DNA of 64,000 bases from Candidatus Pacebacteria bacterium RIFOXYA1_FULL_38_18 (GTDB taxonomy: Bacteria; Patescibacteriota; Microgenomatia; UBA1400; PJMF01), in contig MFWV01000011.1 in the NCBI GenBank assembly GCA_001787405.1, positions 48,857-112,856 of the forward strand, given 5' to 3'. The notes beneath the pieces were generated by a model. It saw nothing but the letters and a program-made list of their open reading frames with translations, made no database searches and was not told where the DNA came from. Of this stretch, positions 46,932-55,605 are shown one piece after another (position 1 is the stretch's first letter; every line of letters starts with the position of its first letter). The translations under genes were made by a program, and so were the position numbers.

Positions 46932-47216
46932 ATGGCTAAAAAATTTGACGATAATACTATGATAAAAAGAATGCAGGGCATTGTTTATAAAGAAGTTGAA
47001 GGGGTGTTTTATATTTTGAACTATCAAACAGTAACATTGCACACACTCAATGAAACAGCTAGCTTTGTCTGGAAAGAATTGGCCAAACCCAAAACTATTA
47101 AACAATTAACTGAAACGATCGTTGATAATTTTTCAACAACGAAAACTCAAGCAAAACAAGATCTTGAAAAATTCATTATCAAGTATAAAAAACTTGGCTT
47201 TCTTGAACTGATATAG
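46932..47216 (+). CDS. PqqD-family protein (RiPP recognition element-type peptide chaperone)
   Basis: 94 aa from MAKKFDDN with RBS AAGGAA 8 nt upstream. LNETASFVWKEL, LTETIVDNF and AKQDLEKFIIKYKKLGFLEL match the PqqD/RRE consensus. Confidence 0.65.
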   Translation: MAKKFDDNTMIKRMQGIVYKEVEGVFYILNYQTVTLHTLNETASFVWKELAKPKTIKQLTETIVDNFSTTKTQAKQDLEKFIIKYKKLGFLELI

Positions 47217-47242
47217 TTATCAAATAAAAATTAAAAAATTAT

Positions 47243-47341
47243 TTACTGGTATGATTCCAGAGTAAAAACATCTATTTCAATTTTTTCAACTTTTTCCGCT
47301 GGAGCCTTGTAGGCTTTTTTGGTTTTTTGGTTTTTGTTCAT
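47243..47341 (-). CDS. candidate 32-aa peptide (possible modified-peptide precursor)
   Basis: AGGAGA is 4 nt upstream of the ATG on the minus strand. Product MNKNQKTKKAYKAPAEKVEKIEIDVFTLESYQ. Convergent on pqqD-like; 50 nt downstream of the previous minus-strand gene. Confidence 0.4.
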   Translation of the reverse strand: MNKNQKTKKAYKAPAEKVEKIEIDVFTLESYQ

Positions 47342-47393
47342 AAAATCTCCTATTTTTATTTGGTATTTTATTACTTGATAAAGTATTTCATTT

Positions 47394-48317
47394 TTAAGAA
47401 TTAATGTCAACTTTGTATTGAAAAATATTTTTTTCATTTAATTGGTTATTAATCTTTTTTTTGTTCGAGAAAATCCCAATAAAATTTCCTTTGCATTTAT
47501 AAATTTGAGTATAACGGGCGATTTTAATATATTTTTCAAAAAATGAACGATGATCGATTGATGATTTTTTCAAACCAAAATTGACAATGACGTACTCACT
47601 AGATGCGAGAATTTTTTTAATAAAAATACTATTTTTTATCTTTGGAACAATAAGATGATCGACAAAGAGATCAACAATTATAAGACCATATTGCTTTTTA
47701 TTTTGCGAAGTATATGCAAAAGCATCAGCTTGAATTAATTTAATTTTAGAAATTTTTGATCCAAGAAAACTTTTTCGCAAGGGTAAAAAATATTTTTTAG
47801 CTACTTTAATCATAATGGGAGAAATTTCTACTACATCGCTGGAGATTTCAAGACTAGTCAATAATTCCAATGGAATTACTGCTCCGCCCCCACCTAGCAC
47901 TAATGCAGAGCGTTTTTGAGGTTGATTTTTTTTAATTAATTTACGAATGAAGTCTAAATACAACCAAGAATTATGATTTTTTAAATAAATAGAAGAATAA
48001 GATACATTAGATTTCGGCTGGCAAATTGTTCTCAATGATTTGGATGGATGTAAAGGAAAAAAACGATCTCTAACAATGAAATGTTCCTTATTTTTTTCGA
48101 TTATTTCTTTTTGAAAAACAGTTATACCTTTAGTTAACCCTAAAAAAACTAAAATAAGAATAATATTAATAAAAACCAAAGTAATAACGACGAAAATTTC
48201 TAAGGGAAGTTTAAATACTAAATTAAAAATTAACCAAATGATGAATGAAGATAAAAAAAATAAGATTTTTTTATAACCAATAGAGGTTTTGGTAATCCAA
48301 AAAGGTTTTATTTTCAT
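47394..48317 (-). CDS. membrane-anchored spermidine-synthase-like (PABS fold) protein
   Basis: Two N-terminal TMs. VLGGGGGAVIPLEL glycine-rich motif. GLIIVDLF. Confidence 0.55.
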   Translation of the reverse strand: MKIKPFWITKTSIGYKKILFFLSSFIIWLIFNLVFKLPLEIFVVITLVFINIILILVFLGLTKGITVFQKEIIEKNKEHFIVRDRFFPLHPSKSLRTICQPKSNVSYSSIYLKNHNSWLYLDFIRKLIKKNQPQKRSALVLGGGGAVIPLELLTSLEISSDVVEISPIMIKVAKKYFLPLRKSFLGSKISKIKLIQADAFAYTSQNKKQYGLIIVDLFVDHLIVPKIKNSIFIKKILASSEYVIVNFGLKKSSIDHRSFFEKYIKIARYTQIYKCKGNFIGIFSNKKKINNQLNEKNIFQYKVDINS

Positions 48318-48362
48318 TGTAATGATCGTATAAAATTGACTAAAATCTGCTTTGACAAATTA

Positions 48363-49112
48363 TCAATGACGAACCAGAACATTTTTTTTATAAGCTTCTA
48401 TAGCCCTTATTCCATCATTTTGAATAAGTTTTCCTTTTTCCAGCCAAATGATTCTCGTGCAATGATCTTTTAGATAATCCAACCAATGACTGACGCTAAT
48501 AATTGTTTTACCTTGTTTGTAAAATTGATTGATTTTTTGCAAAGATTTTTTTCTAAACTCTTCATCTCCCACAGCTATTGCCTCGTCCAAAAGTAAAATA
48601 TCTGGATCAGAGTGAACAGCAATAGAAAATCCTAGTCTCAAGGACATTCCAGAAGAATAGGTGTAAAGGGGAGAGTCAATAAATTTTTTTAGGCCGCTAA
48701 ACTGAATAATTTTTTTATATTTTTTTTCTATTTCTGGTCTCGTCATGCCAACAATAAGTCCATTGAGAAAAATGTTTTCTTCTCCAGTGAGTTCAGGATG
48801 AAAACCCGCTTCAAGTTCTATTAATGAAACAATTCTTCCTTTAGTGATAATTTTTCCAGTTGTGGGAGCGGTTATGCCAGCGATCATTTTGAGAACAGTT
48901 GTTTTTCCAGATCCATTGGGCCCAATGATTCCCACTTTTTCTCCACTATATATTTCGAAAGAAACATCTTTTAGAGCCTCAAATTTTTCTCTAGATTCCA
49001 GTCCCAAAAATGATCCTACCAGAGTTGGTTTTTGGTGTTTAAGAACGTATTTTTTACAGACTTTTTCAAAATAGATAACTGTTTGTTTTTTGCGTTTCAT
49101 TTTTACATCCAA
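48363..49112 (-). CDS. ABC transporter ATP-binding protein, polysaccharide/teichoic-acid exporter type (Wzt/TagH-like)
   Basis: Walker A GPNGSGKTT. Signature YSSGMSLRLGFSIAV. Walker B ILLLDEAIAVGD. Confidence 0.85.
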   Translation of the reverse strand: MDVKMKRKKQTVIYFEKVCKKYVLKHQKPTLVGSFLGLESREKFEALKDVSFEIYSGEKVGIIGPNGSGKTTVLKMIAGITAPTTGKIITKGRIVSLIELEAGFHPELTGEENIFLNGLIVGMTRPEIEKKYKKIIQFSGLKKFIDSPLYTYSSGMSLRLGFSIAVHSDPDILLLDEAIAVGDEEFRKKSLQKINQFYKQGKTIISVSHWLDYLKDHCTRIIWLEKGKLIQNDGIRAIEAYKKNVLVRH

Positions 49113-49858
49113 TCATCAAAATATTTTTGTTCTTTTTTAAATACCAGAATTCCCAGAATGGTAATTATGATCGTAGAGAAAATTGGCAACCAAAGAGCGT
49201 CTGGAGAAAGAAGATAATCTTGAATACCAAAAGAAACTCTAAACAGCTGAATGATAGCAGTGAGTGGATTTAAAAATAAGATTAGTTTAATTTTCTCTGG
49301 AATTAACTGAATTGAGTAAATGATTGGAGTGGCATAAAACCAAATAGGAATTATGGCTCTGACAAGAAAACTCATGTCTCTAAACTTCACATTAAGACTA
49401 GCAAAGAATAAAGAAATGCCGATTGTAAAAATAAAAATCCAAAAAATTGCCAGAATGAGTGTGAAAAAATTGATCATGGTTAAAGAAAATGGAAAAACCA
49501 AAATAAAGCCCACTATAAGATGAAAGAGATTTGATAGAACCAAAGAAAGAATCAGTGATTCTCTAGGAAAAACTGCTTTTTTGATCAAATGTCTTTCATC
49601 GACAAACAAAGAAACAGCTTTGGAAAAACTGATTGAGAAAAAATTCCAGGGCAAAAGTCCTAGAAAAAGATATAAAAAGTAATTTTCAGTTCTAATTCCT
49701 GGGAAAAATTGCAATACAAACCCAATAACCAACATTTGCAATAAAGGGTTGATTATCAGCCACAAAAACCCCAGTACCACATGTTTATATCTACCCTTGA
49801 GCTCTCTGGTAGTTAGCGCAAGCGTAAAATCCAGCCATCTTTTCCATTTTTTTATCAC
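49103..49858 (-). CDS. ABC-2 type transport permease (Wzm/TagG-like)
   Basis: 251 aa, 6 TM. Overlaps the cognate ATPase gene. Confidence 0.75.
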   Translation of the reverse strand: MIKKWKRWLDFTLALTTRELKGRYKHVVLGFLWLIINPLLQMLVIGFVLQFFPGIRTENYFLYLFLGLLPWNFFSISFSKAVSLFVDERHLIKKAVFPRESLILSLVLSNLFHLIVGFILVFPFSLTMINFFTLILAIFWIFIFTIGISLFFASLNVKFRDMSFLVRAIIPIWFYATPIIYSIQLIPEKIKLILFLNPLTAIIQLFRVSFGIQDYLLSPDALWLPIFSTIIITILGILVFKKEQKYFDDWM

Positions 49859-49871
49859 CCAATTTCCTTTT

Positions 49872-51002
49872 TTAAAAATTTTTTACAGCATCAGAGATAG
49901 CAATTATCTTATTCTTCCAACTGTTTGCAAGGGAAAGTTTTTTTTGTTTAGTTTTTTTGTTTTTAGCATGTTTCTCATTCAACAGAGAGCTTATATGTTC
50001 TTGCCATTCTTGGGAAGAGTGGCCTATTTTAATCAAATCTATAAATTTCTTCAGTTCAATTATGGGTGTAGCAATTACTGGTTTACCTAAATAAAAATAC
50101 TCAAAAATCTTCATGGGATAGGAGTATTGATTGGATTTTAAGGCAATATTGTAGGGAATCATACAGACATCAAATTGCTTGATGATATTTGGTAACTCGC
50201 GACGATTAGTGCTTTGGCCAAAGAACACGTTTGGTAGTGTTTTAAGCTTTCGGTTAGTCTCGAAATCGTCGGTAGCTTCAAGATCTTGCCTTGGTCCCCA
50301 AAAAACAAATAACCATTGGGGATTCTGTTTGATCAATCGATGTAGGAGTGCAAAATCTAGGCGGTAGTCAACCGAACCAACATAGCCAATGATAGGTTTG
50401 TTTTTGGGAAATTTTACTTTTGTTTTTAGAGGTCGTTGAAAATCATTGAGTCTGAACCCCTGGGGAACAATGGCGGTGGGTTGTCTAGTTTTTGAGTGAA
50501 GTTTGGCCAATACTTGAGAGTTAACGAAGAAGAAATCAGAGTTTTTGATCAATTTTTTTTCTTGAATTCGCAGTAATTTTCTCAATTTTATCTCGCAATG
50601 CCAGACATAATCCACGCAGTCATATAGAGAGATCAGTTTGGGATAGAAAATCTTTATTTTGGGGTAAAACCAAAAGAGGGAATCGAAAATCCATAAGACA
50701 GTGTGCTGTTTTCCACGACCATAGCGAATTAACAAATACCAAAGATTTAGCAATTGATTGAGTTTTTCTATCCATGCAAATCGGCGAAAAGGAATGAGAT
50801 AACGAGGTTGGTAGGCTAACAGATTGGCTTTTGATGGAAAGGTATTTAGTGGTCGTGGTTTAAGAAAAAACCTGGCATCAGCATTGATGTAAGCCACTAC
50901 TAGGTTGTTTTTAGCCAGCTCCAAGCAAGTTTGCATTTGATAATCAGCAGACCAATTCCAAGGTAATTGAAAGGGAATGATGATTAAACTTTTTTTAAAC
51001 AT
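49872..51002 (-). CDS. glycosyltransferase family 1 (GT4-like)
   Basis: IGYVGSVDYRLDF, FDVCMIPY and GKPVIATP are GT-B C-domain motifs. Start at internal Met; the ORF track gives 51032. Confidence 0.7.
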   Translation of the reverse strand: MFKKSLIIIPFQLPWNWSADYQMQTCLELAKNNLVVAYINADARFFLKPRPLNTFPSKANLLAYQPRYLIPFRRFAWIEKLNQLLNLWYLLIRYGRGKQHTVLWIFDSLFWFYPKIKIFYPKLISLYDCVDYVWHCEIKLRKLLRIQEKKLIKNSDFFFVNSQVLAKLHSKTRQPTAIVPQGFRLNDFQRPLKTKVKFPKNKPIIGYVGSVDYRLDFALLHRLIKQNPQWLFVFWGPRQDLEATDDFETNRKLKTLPNVFFGQSTNRRELPNIIKQFDVCMIPYNIALKSNQYSYPMKIFEYFYLGKPVIATPIIELKKFIDLIKIGHSSQEWQEHISSLLNEKHAKNKKTKQKKLSLANSWKNKIIAISDAVKNF

Positions 51003-52581
51003 GATTTGTTGTCTTTTGGTCAAATAAAGCAAGGCCTACATATAGAAAAAAATATGAAGAGAGTTCTGGATGATTGAGAAAGATGGGATAAAACATGGCA
51101 CACAGTAAATAAATGCCGGCAGCCAAGTTATATTCTTTGATAATGCCAGTTTTTAATCCCAAAAAAAATGGTTTGACGGTCAAAAAGCCAAATAATAAAA
51201 AGAGCGTTAGACCAACAATTCCGGTTTCGGCTAATAATTGAAAAAATAAATTATGCGGATAAGTAGGATCAAAGGCAAGTTGCTCTCCTTTAAATTCAGT
51301 TGCTAAATAATAAGGAGAAAGATTGATTCCCACTCCGAACAACGGATTATCCAACGAAAGGCGAGTGGCGTAGTACATCATGCGCAAGCGATAGGTAGCA
51401 CTACCATATTGAGTAAATACGTCTGATAAGGTTTCTATTCGGCGAGCTAAATAAGGGGCTAGGGCAATAGTAATGATTATTAAAATCGCAGCGAAAACAC
51501 CCATTACTTTTGACGGAATCCTTATTTTATTTTTTTTATTCGATTGCTGCCAGCGCTTCCAACTCCAAAAAGCTCCCACCAACCAGATGCCATACAAAAT
51601 TCGACTACCAGTAAAAACCAAGGCTAGACTACCCAAACCAATTGATAAAAGAGTAATTATTTTTGAAGCATTAATAATTCTTTTTTTACTCAAAAGAGCG
51701 GGAAGCAAAATAGCCATTTGCATCAATAAAAAAGTACCTAGAATGCTGGGTTCAAAAAAAGTACCGGCAAGTCTTAATAAACCTCTGTTTTCCGAAGATA
51801 AAATACCAAGTTGGGCTCCGGGTAAGTAAACCTCAATGTCTTTTCCCAGCGGTCCACCAGCCAAGCGTTGAACAAGCACCCAGCCAGCTTCAAACAATAA
51901 CACGGCCACAACAACGCTAAAAATAATTTTTCTCAATTGAGTTTTCTGTTTGGCAAATAATAGAAAAGGTAAAGCTATCAGCATCATCATTCTGACTAGT
52001 TGCAAGGAGGACAATAGACCAATCTCAGGAACAATGCTGAAAGTGCCACTCAAAATAGTCCAAACAATGAACAAAAAAAACAACCAAAGCGATTTGTTTT
52101 TTTGAAATGATAACTGAATTTGCTTGGCAGTCTGTTTGCCACGCAAGTACAAATAACCCAATAAACCCAAGAAAATATCTGCAATATAGATTGGAAAAAA
52201 ATAACTAATATCAAACCACGCCCAACGTTCTATATCTTCTTTGGGAAGCAACATTATTTGATAGGCTCGGCCTTTTGGAAATAAAAGAGTGGCAATCAAT
52301 CCAGCAAAAAGTGATAATTTCAAATTTTTGGTGATGCGATAAATTATTAACCAATAAAGGAAAGTAAATAAAATGAGAGTGCGATTGCTTGTGCTAAAAT
52401 ACAGGCTAACATAATAAAGGAGTGTAACAAAAAAAAGCCTGAGCGAAGGAGCTGAAACCATTACAATGGTTCGCCCAATAAAGCTTTTTGATATGGTACG
52501 CAATAGTTTCATGAAGTTCATTATACCTAAACGTTTTTTGGGAAAATTTAATATCTTTGACCTGGTTATAGCGGTTGCCAT
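50995..52581 (-). CDS. polytopic membrane protein, O-antigen ligase/polymerase (Wzy_C)-like
   Basis: 528 aa, more than 10 TM, with a periplasmic loop in the C-terminal third. The true start is probably an internal Met (about 52461) because of divergent overlap with 52466..53329. Confidence 0.4.
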   Translation of the reverse strand: MATAITRSKILNFPKKRLGIMNFMKLLRTISKSFIGRTIVMVSAPSLRLFFVTLLYYVSLYFSTSNRTLILFTFLYWLIIYRITKNLKLSLFAGLIATLLFPKGRAYQIMLLPKEDIERWAWFDISYFFPIYIADIFLGLLGYLYLRGKQTAKQIQLSFQKNKSLWLFFLFIVWTILSGTFSIVPEIGLLSSLQLVRMMMLIALPFLLFAKQKTQLRKIIFSVVVAVLLFEAGWVLVQRLAGGPLGKDIEVYLPGAQLGILSSENRGLLRLAGTFFEPSILGTFLLMQMAILLPALLSKKRIINASKIITLLSIGLGSLALVFTGSRILYGIWLVGAFWSWKRWQQSNKKNKIRIPSKVMGVFAAILIIITIALAPYLARRIETLSDVFTQYGSATYRLRMMYYATRLSLDNPLFGVGINLSPYYLATEFKGEQLAFDPTYPHNLFFQLLAETGIVGLTLFLLFGFLTVKPFFLGLKTGIIKEYNLAAGIYLLCAMFYPIFLNHPELSSYFFLYVGLALFDQKTTNHV

Positions 52582-53329
52582 TTTATTAATTTTTGGTTCG
52601 TTTTTATGGCTGAGAGTTTCCAGAAAAACTGAATGGATTTCATTGCGAATGGTTGTCTCAAATGATGAATGGTGGTACGAGGGGGCAGCTCCTCAATGGT
52701 GGTACACGGATGGATTGACTGCTGGCCAAACAGCCAAGAATACTTTTGGAGAAGTAATGGCAGAAATTACCAATGTACAAAGTTTTGATATTGGCAGTTA
52801 TCGCAGGAGAGTTTTTATTGATCTAAAAGTTAAGGGATATTTTGATACCAAACGAGGAATTTATATTTACAATTATCAGCCATTACAAATCGGCAAACCA
52901 CTTGACCTAACATTTGGTAAAAATAATTTACGAGGAGTTGTCACTTATATCGAAAATGCCCCAGAAGATTTTATAGAAAAGACTATTGAAGTATATATTC
53001 CGGCAGTACATTTATGGGTGGCACAGTCATATGAAAAAGGCATGCAAGTCAAGGATTTGCAAGGTAGAATTTTGGCTGAAATTGCTTCTGTAACAATTAC
53101 TCCCACCACTGCTCTAGAAATAACTGAGATTTTTCCTGGTGTTGCAGAAAAGAAGTTTGGCCCCGAGCAATTTTATGATTTAAAACTAGTGGTTAAGATT
53201 AAAACTTTTGAAAGTGGAGGAGTTAATTATTTTGTTGATCGATCAGCCATCAAAATAGGTGAATACATCTGTTTTCAATTTCCACAAACAACTGTTCGTC
53301 AGGCAGAAATTATTGGGATTATAGAGTAA
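52466..53329 (+). CDS. hypothetical N-terminally anchored protein
   Basis: 287 aa. TM FNIFDLVIAVAILLIFGSFLWL. Start uncertain. Confidence 0.45.
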   Translation: MVRPIKLFDMVRNSFMKFIIPKRFLGKFNIFDLVIAVAILLIFGSFLWLRVSRKTEWISLRMVVSNDEWWYEGAAPQWWYTDGLTAGQTAKNTFGEVMAEITNVQSFDIGSYRRRVFIDLKVKGYFDTKRGIYIYNYQPLQIGKPLDLTFGKNNLRGVVTYIENAPEDFIEKTIEVYIPAVHLWVAQSYEKGMQVKDLQGRILAEIASVTITPTTALEITEIFPGVAEKKFGPEQFYDLKLVVKIKTFESGGVNYFVDRSAIKIGEYICFQFPQTTVRQAEIIGIIE

Positions 53330-53350
53330 AATAATTTTTTTTAAAATTTC

Positions 53351-54019
53351 ATGTTTAAAAAATTGCGTGTTTTAGCATATTACTCCTTTTTGCCTTGGTC
53401 AAAGCGTATTTTTATCTCTTTCCGCTTACTCAGTTGTCCTTTTTTAGAATTGATAGATTACATACCTCAAAAAGGATCCTTACTTGATGTTGGCACTGGT
53501 TTTGGTTTATTGCCATTATTATTAACAAAGACAAAACATAAACAACAAATTATGGGTATTGATCCAGACATCAATCGTATTAAATGTGCTAAAAAAGCTA
53601 GTCAGGCTTTTCCCAATCTTCAATTCAAGTCAGGCATTATTCACCAGCTGAAAATCAATAAAAAGTTCTCAAGCATTACTATTATTGATGTTTTATATTT
53701 ATTACCGAAATTACAAAAACAAAAAATGATTCAATCAACTCGAAATTTGTTAAAATCCAACGGGCAACTTTTGCTAAAAATTAATGACCGATCTTTTAGT
53801 TTGAGTTTTTTTCTAACTTGGTTGCAGGAAAAAATTACTATTCATCTGCTTGGAGAAACAACTACTAGTTTTCCTGATGTATATTTTGAAAATGTAGTGG
53901 AAGTTAAAAAAATGCTCAGAAATAATGGTTTTAAAGTCAAAAAAACAGTTAGATTGCGCACTCCCTTTCCATTTTTTCATCAACATTGGTTGGTGATTGG
54001 TGAAAAGAAACATCAATGA
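53351..54019 (+). CDS. class I SAM-dependent methyltransferase
   Basis: Motif I LLDVGTGFGLLPLLL. Rossmann-like. Confidence 0.75.
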   Translation: MFKKLRVLAYYSFLPWSKRIFISFRLLSCPFLELIDYIPQKGSLLDVGTGFGLLPLLLTKTKHKQQIMGIDPDINRIKCAKKASQAFPNLQFKSGIIHQLKINKKFSSITIIDVLYLLPKLQKQKMIQSTRNLLKSNGQLLLKINDRSFSLSFFLTWLQEKITIHLLGETTTSFPDVYFENVVEVKKMLRNNGFKVKKTVRLRTPFPFFHQHWLVIGEKKHQ

Positions 54020-54024
54020 CTAAT

Positions 54025-55605
54025 CTAATTAAGTTTTGATTCGGCATGCATAACCATGATCGGCTTAATTGGAGAATCGATAACTTCTTTCAAGATAAAT
54101 TTTTCTTGATAATATTTTTCATTAATATATTTTTCAAAACTATTTAAACAATCAATTTTAGTAAAACTATCCTGCACATCATGACAAATGATATATAGAA
54201 CTTTTGGTGAAGTATTTGATTTACGCTTGGCTTTACTAGTTTCCATATCGATGTCTACTAAATATTGATGGGTTATTTTTTCTAAAACATACCAATAAAA
54301 AGAAGTCTCCCAACCATAAGGGTCATAATTACTAATTGCCAGAAGATCTATGTCGGTTAATTGCAATTTTTTTTGTTTCGTATTTTCCAAAATAGCTGTA
54401 ATAGTAATATTGGTTTTTTCTATGTGGTTAAAACTACTGTTATTTTGGACTAGTTTTAAATCATAAAAAATTAAAAAGAATATCAAAAAAACTATGATTG
54501 GTATAAATAGTTTTTTGTTTAATCTACTCAATAAAGCTCCTAACCAAAGAAGTAAAAAAGGAATAGCGATAAATAAGTAAGCTCTTTCATCCATAAGATG
54601 AGGATTTTTAAAAACGATAGCCAAAAAAAGTATGGGACTAAACCATAATAAAAATATACCCACGATTTTTTTCTGTATTAGTTTCTGATTTATCATTGAA
54701 TAAATTTCTGAAATTATTCCGCCCAATATGATGAAAAACAAAATTGTTTGACTAAAAAAAGTGGGGAAAATATATTTGAGCATTTTTTTAAAACTAACAA
54801 CAAGTCTTGTTCCAAAAGAATCTTCCGTGATAGTGAAATCTGGATTTTGCAGATAATTATTTAAGGTTTGAAAATTAATCCAATCATATTTCAATTCAAT
54901 TTGAAGTAGGGGTAAATAAATTAAGATAGCACCCATTAGAGTTAGTGCCATTGTTTGTTTTTTCTTTTTAATTTTTTTGAAACCAAAACAGTACAAACCG
55001 ATTTTGATTGGTAGCAAAAGATACATGGGTGGATAAAATTGAGTGGCTAGCAAGCTAACTAGGGAAGAGGCAATGAAAAATTTGTCTTTTCTTTTTTTTA
55101 TAAATTTAGCTGCCAAAAACAGAGCAATACTTTCAAAAAAGACCGCTATTACTGGTTGAGATGTCCATATCGAAGCATGAATCATACTATGAGAGAACAG
55201 TGCTAAAACGAGAGCTGTCATACCAGCCTGTTTTCCCCAAAGAGATTTGGCTGCTTGATAGAGTAAGTAAGCTTGAATTAGATTGAGAAAAACAAAAATT
55301 AGGACATATCCCTCAGCAGTTTTAAAGCCAAGCAAATAAACTAAGCTAATAAAATAATAACCCAGAGGAGAATTGTGCATTAAATATTGATTTTTTGTGT
55401 CCAAAGCACTAATTTCTCCTACTGTTGGTAGAACCTTGTATTTGATGAAGTGCTCTGCAGTCAGTAGTTGTACTCCCTCATCTCCTGCAAGAGTATTTAG
55501 GTGATTCCAATTAAATACTCTCATCACTCCAGCGATCAAAAAAAGAATGATAATTGGTAATTTATTTTTAACAAACTGAGTAGTTTTTTTTTGACTATTT
55601 TTCAT
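54025..55605 (-). CDS. GT-C fold glycosyltransferase, ArnT/PMT_2-like (GT83/GT39-type)
   Basis: 526 aa, about 11 TM. First extracytoplasmic loop carries LAGDEGVQLL (the DE motif of GT-C enzymes). Confidence 0.6.
   Translation of the reverse strand: MKNSQKKTTQFVKNKLPIIILFLIAGVMRVFNWNHLNTLAGDEGVQLLTAEHFIKYKVLPTVGEISALDTKNQYLMHNSPLGYYFISLVYLLGFKTAEGYVLIFVFLNLIQAYLLYQAAKSLWGKQAGMTALVLALFSHSMIHASIWTSQPVIAVFFESIALFLAAKFIKKRKDKFFIASSLVSLLATQFYPPMYLLLPIKIGLYCFGFKKIKKKKQTMALTLMGAILIYLPLLQIELKYDWINFQTLNNYLQNPDFTITEDSFGTRLVVSFKKMLKYIFPTFFSQTILFFIILGGIISEIYSMINQKLIQKKIVGIFLLWFSPILFLAIVFKNPHLMDERAYLFIAIPFLLLWLGALLSRLNKKLFIPIIVFLIFFLIFYDLKLVQNNSSFNHIEKTNITITAILENTKQKKLQLTDIDLLAISNYDPYGWETSFYWYVLEKITHQYLVDIDMETSKAKRKSNTSPKVLYIICHDVQDSFTKIDCLNSFEKYINEKYYQEKFILKEVIDSPIKPIMVMHAESKLN

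Noticed and set aside
41645-47437. Canonical lasso-peptide gene cluster
   Set aside because: PqqD-like, HprK-like and nucleotidyltransferase genes are present, but there is no Asn-synthetase-like lasso cyclase or transglutaminase-type B2 protease in the window. It is reported as cryptic or decayed instead.
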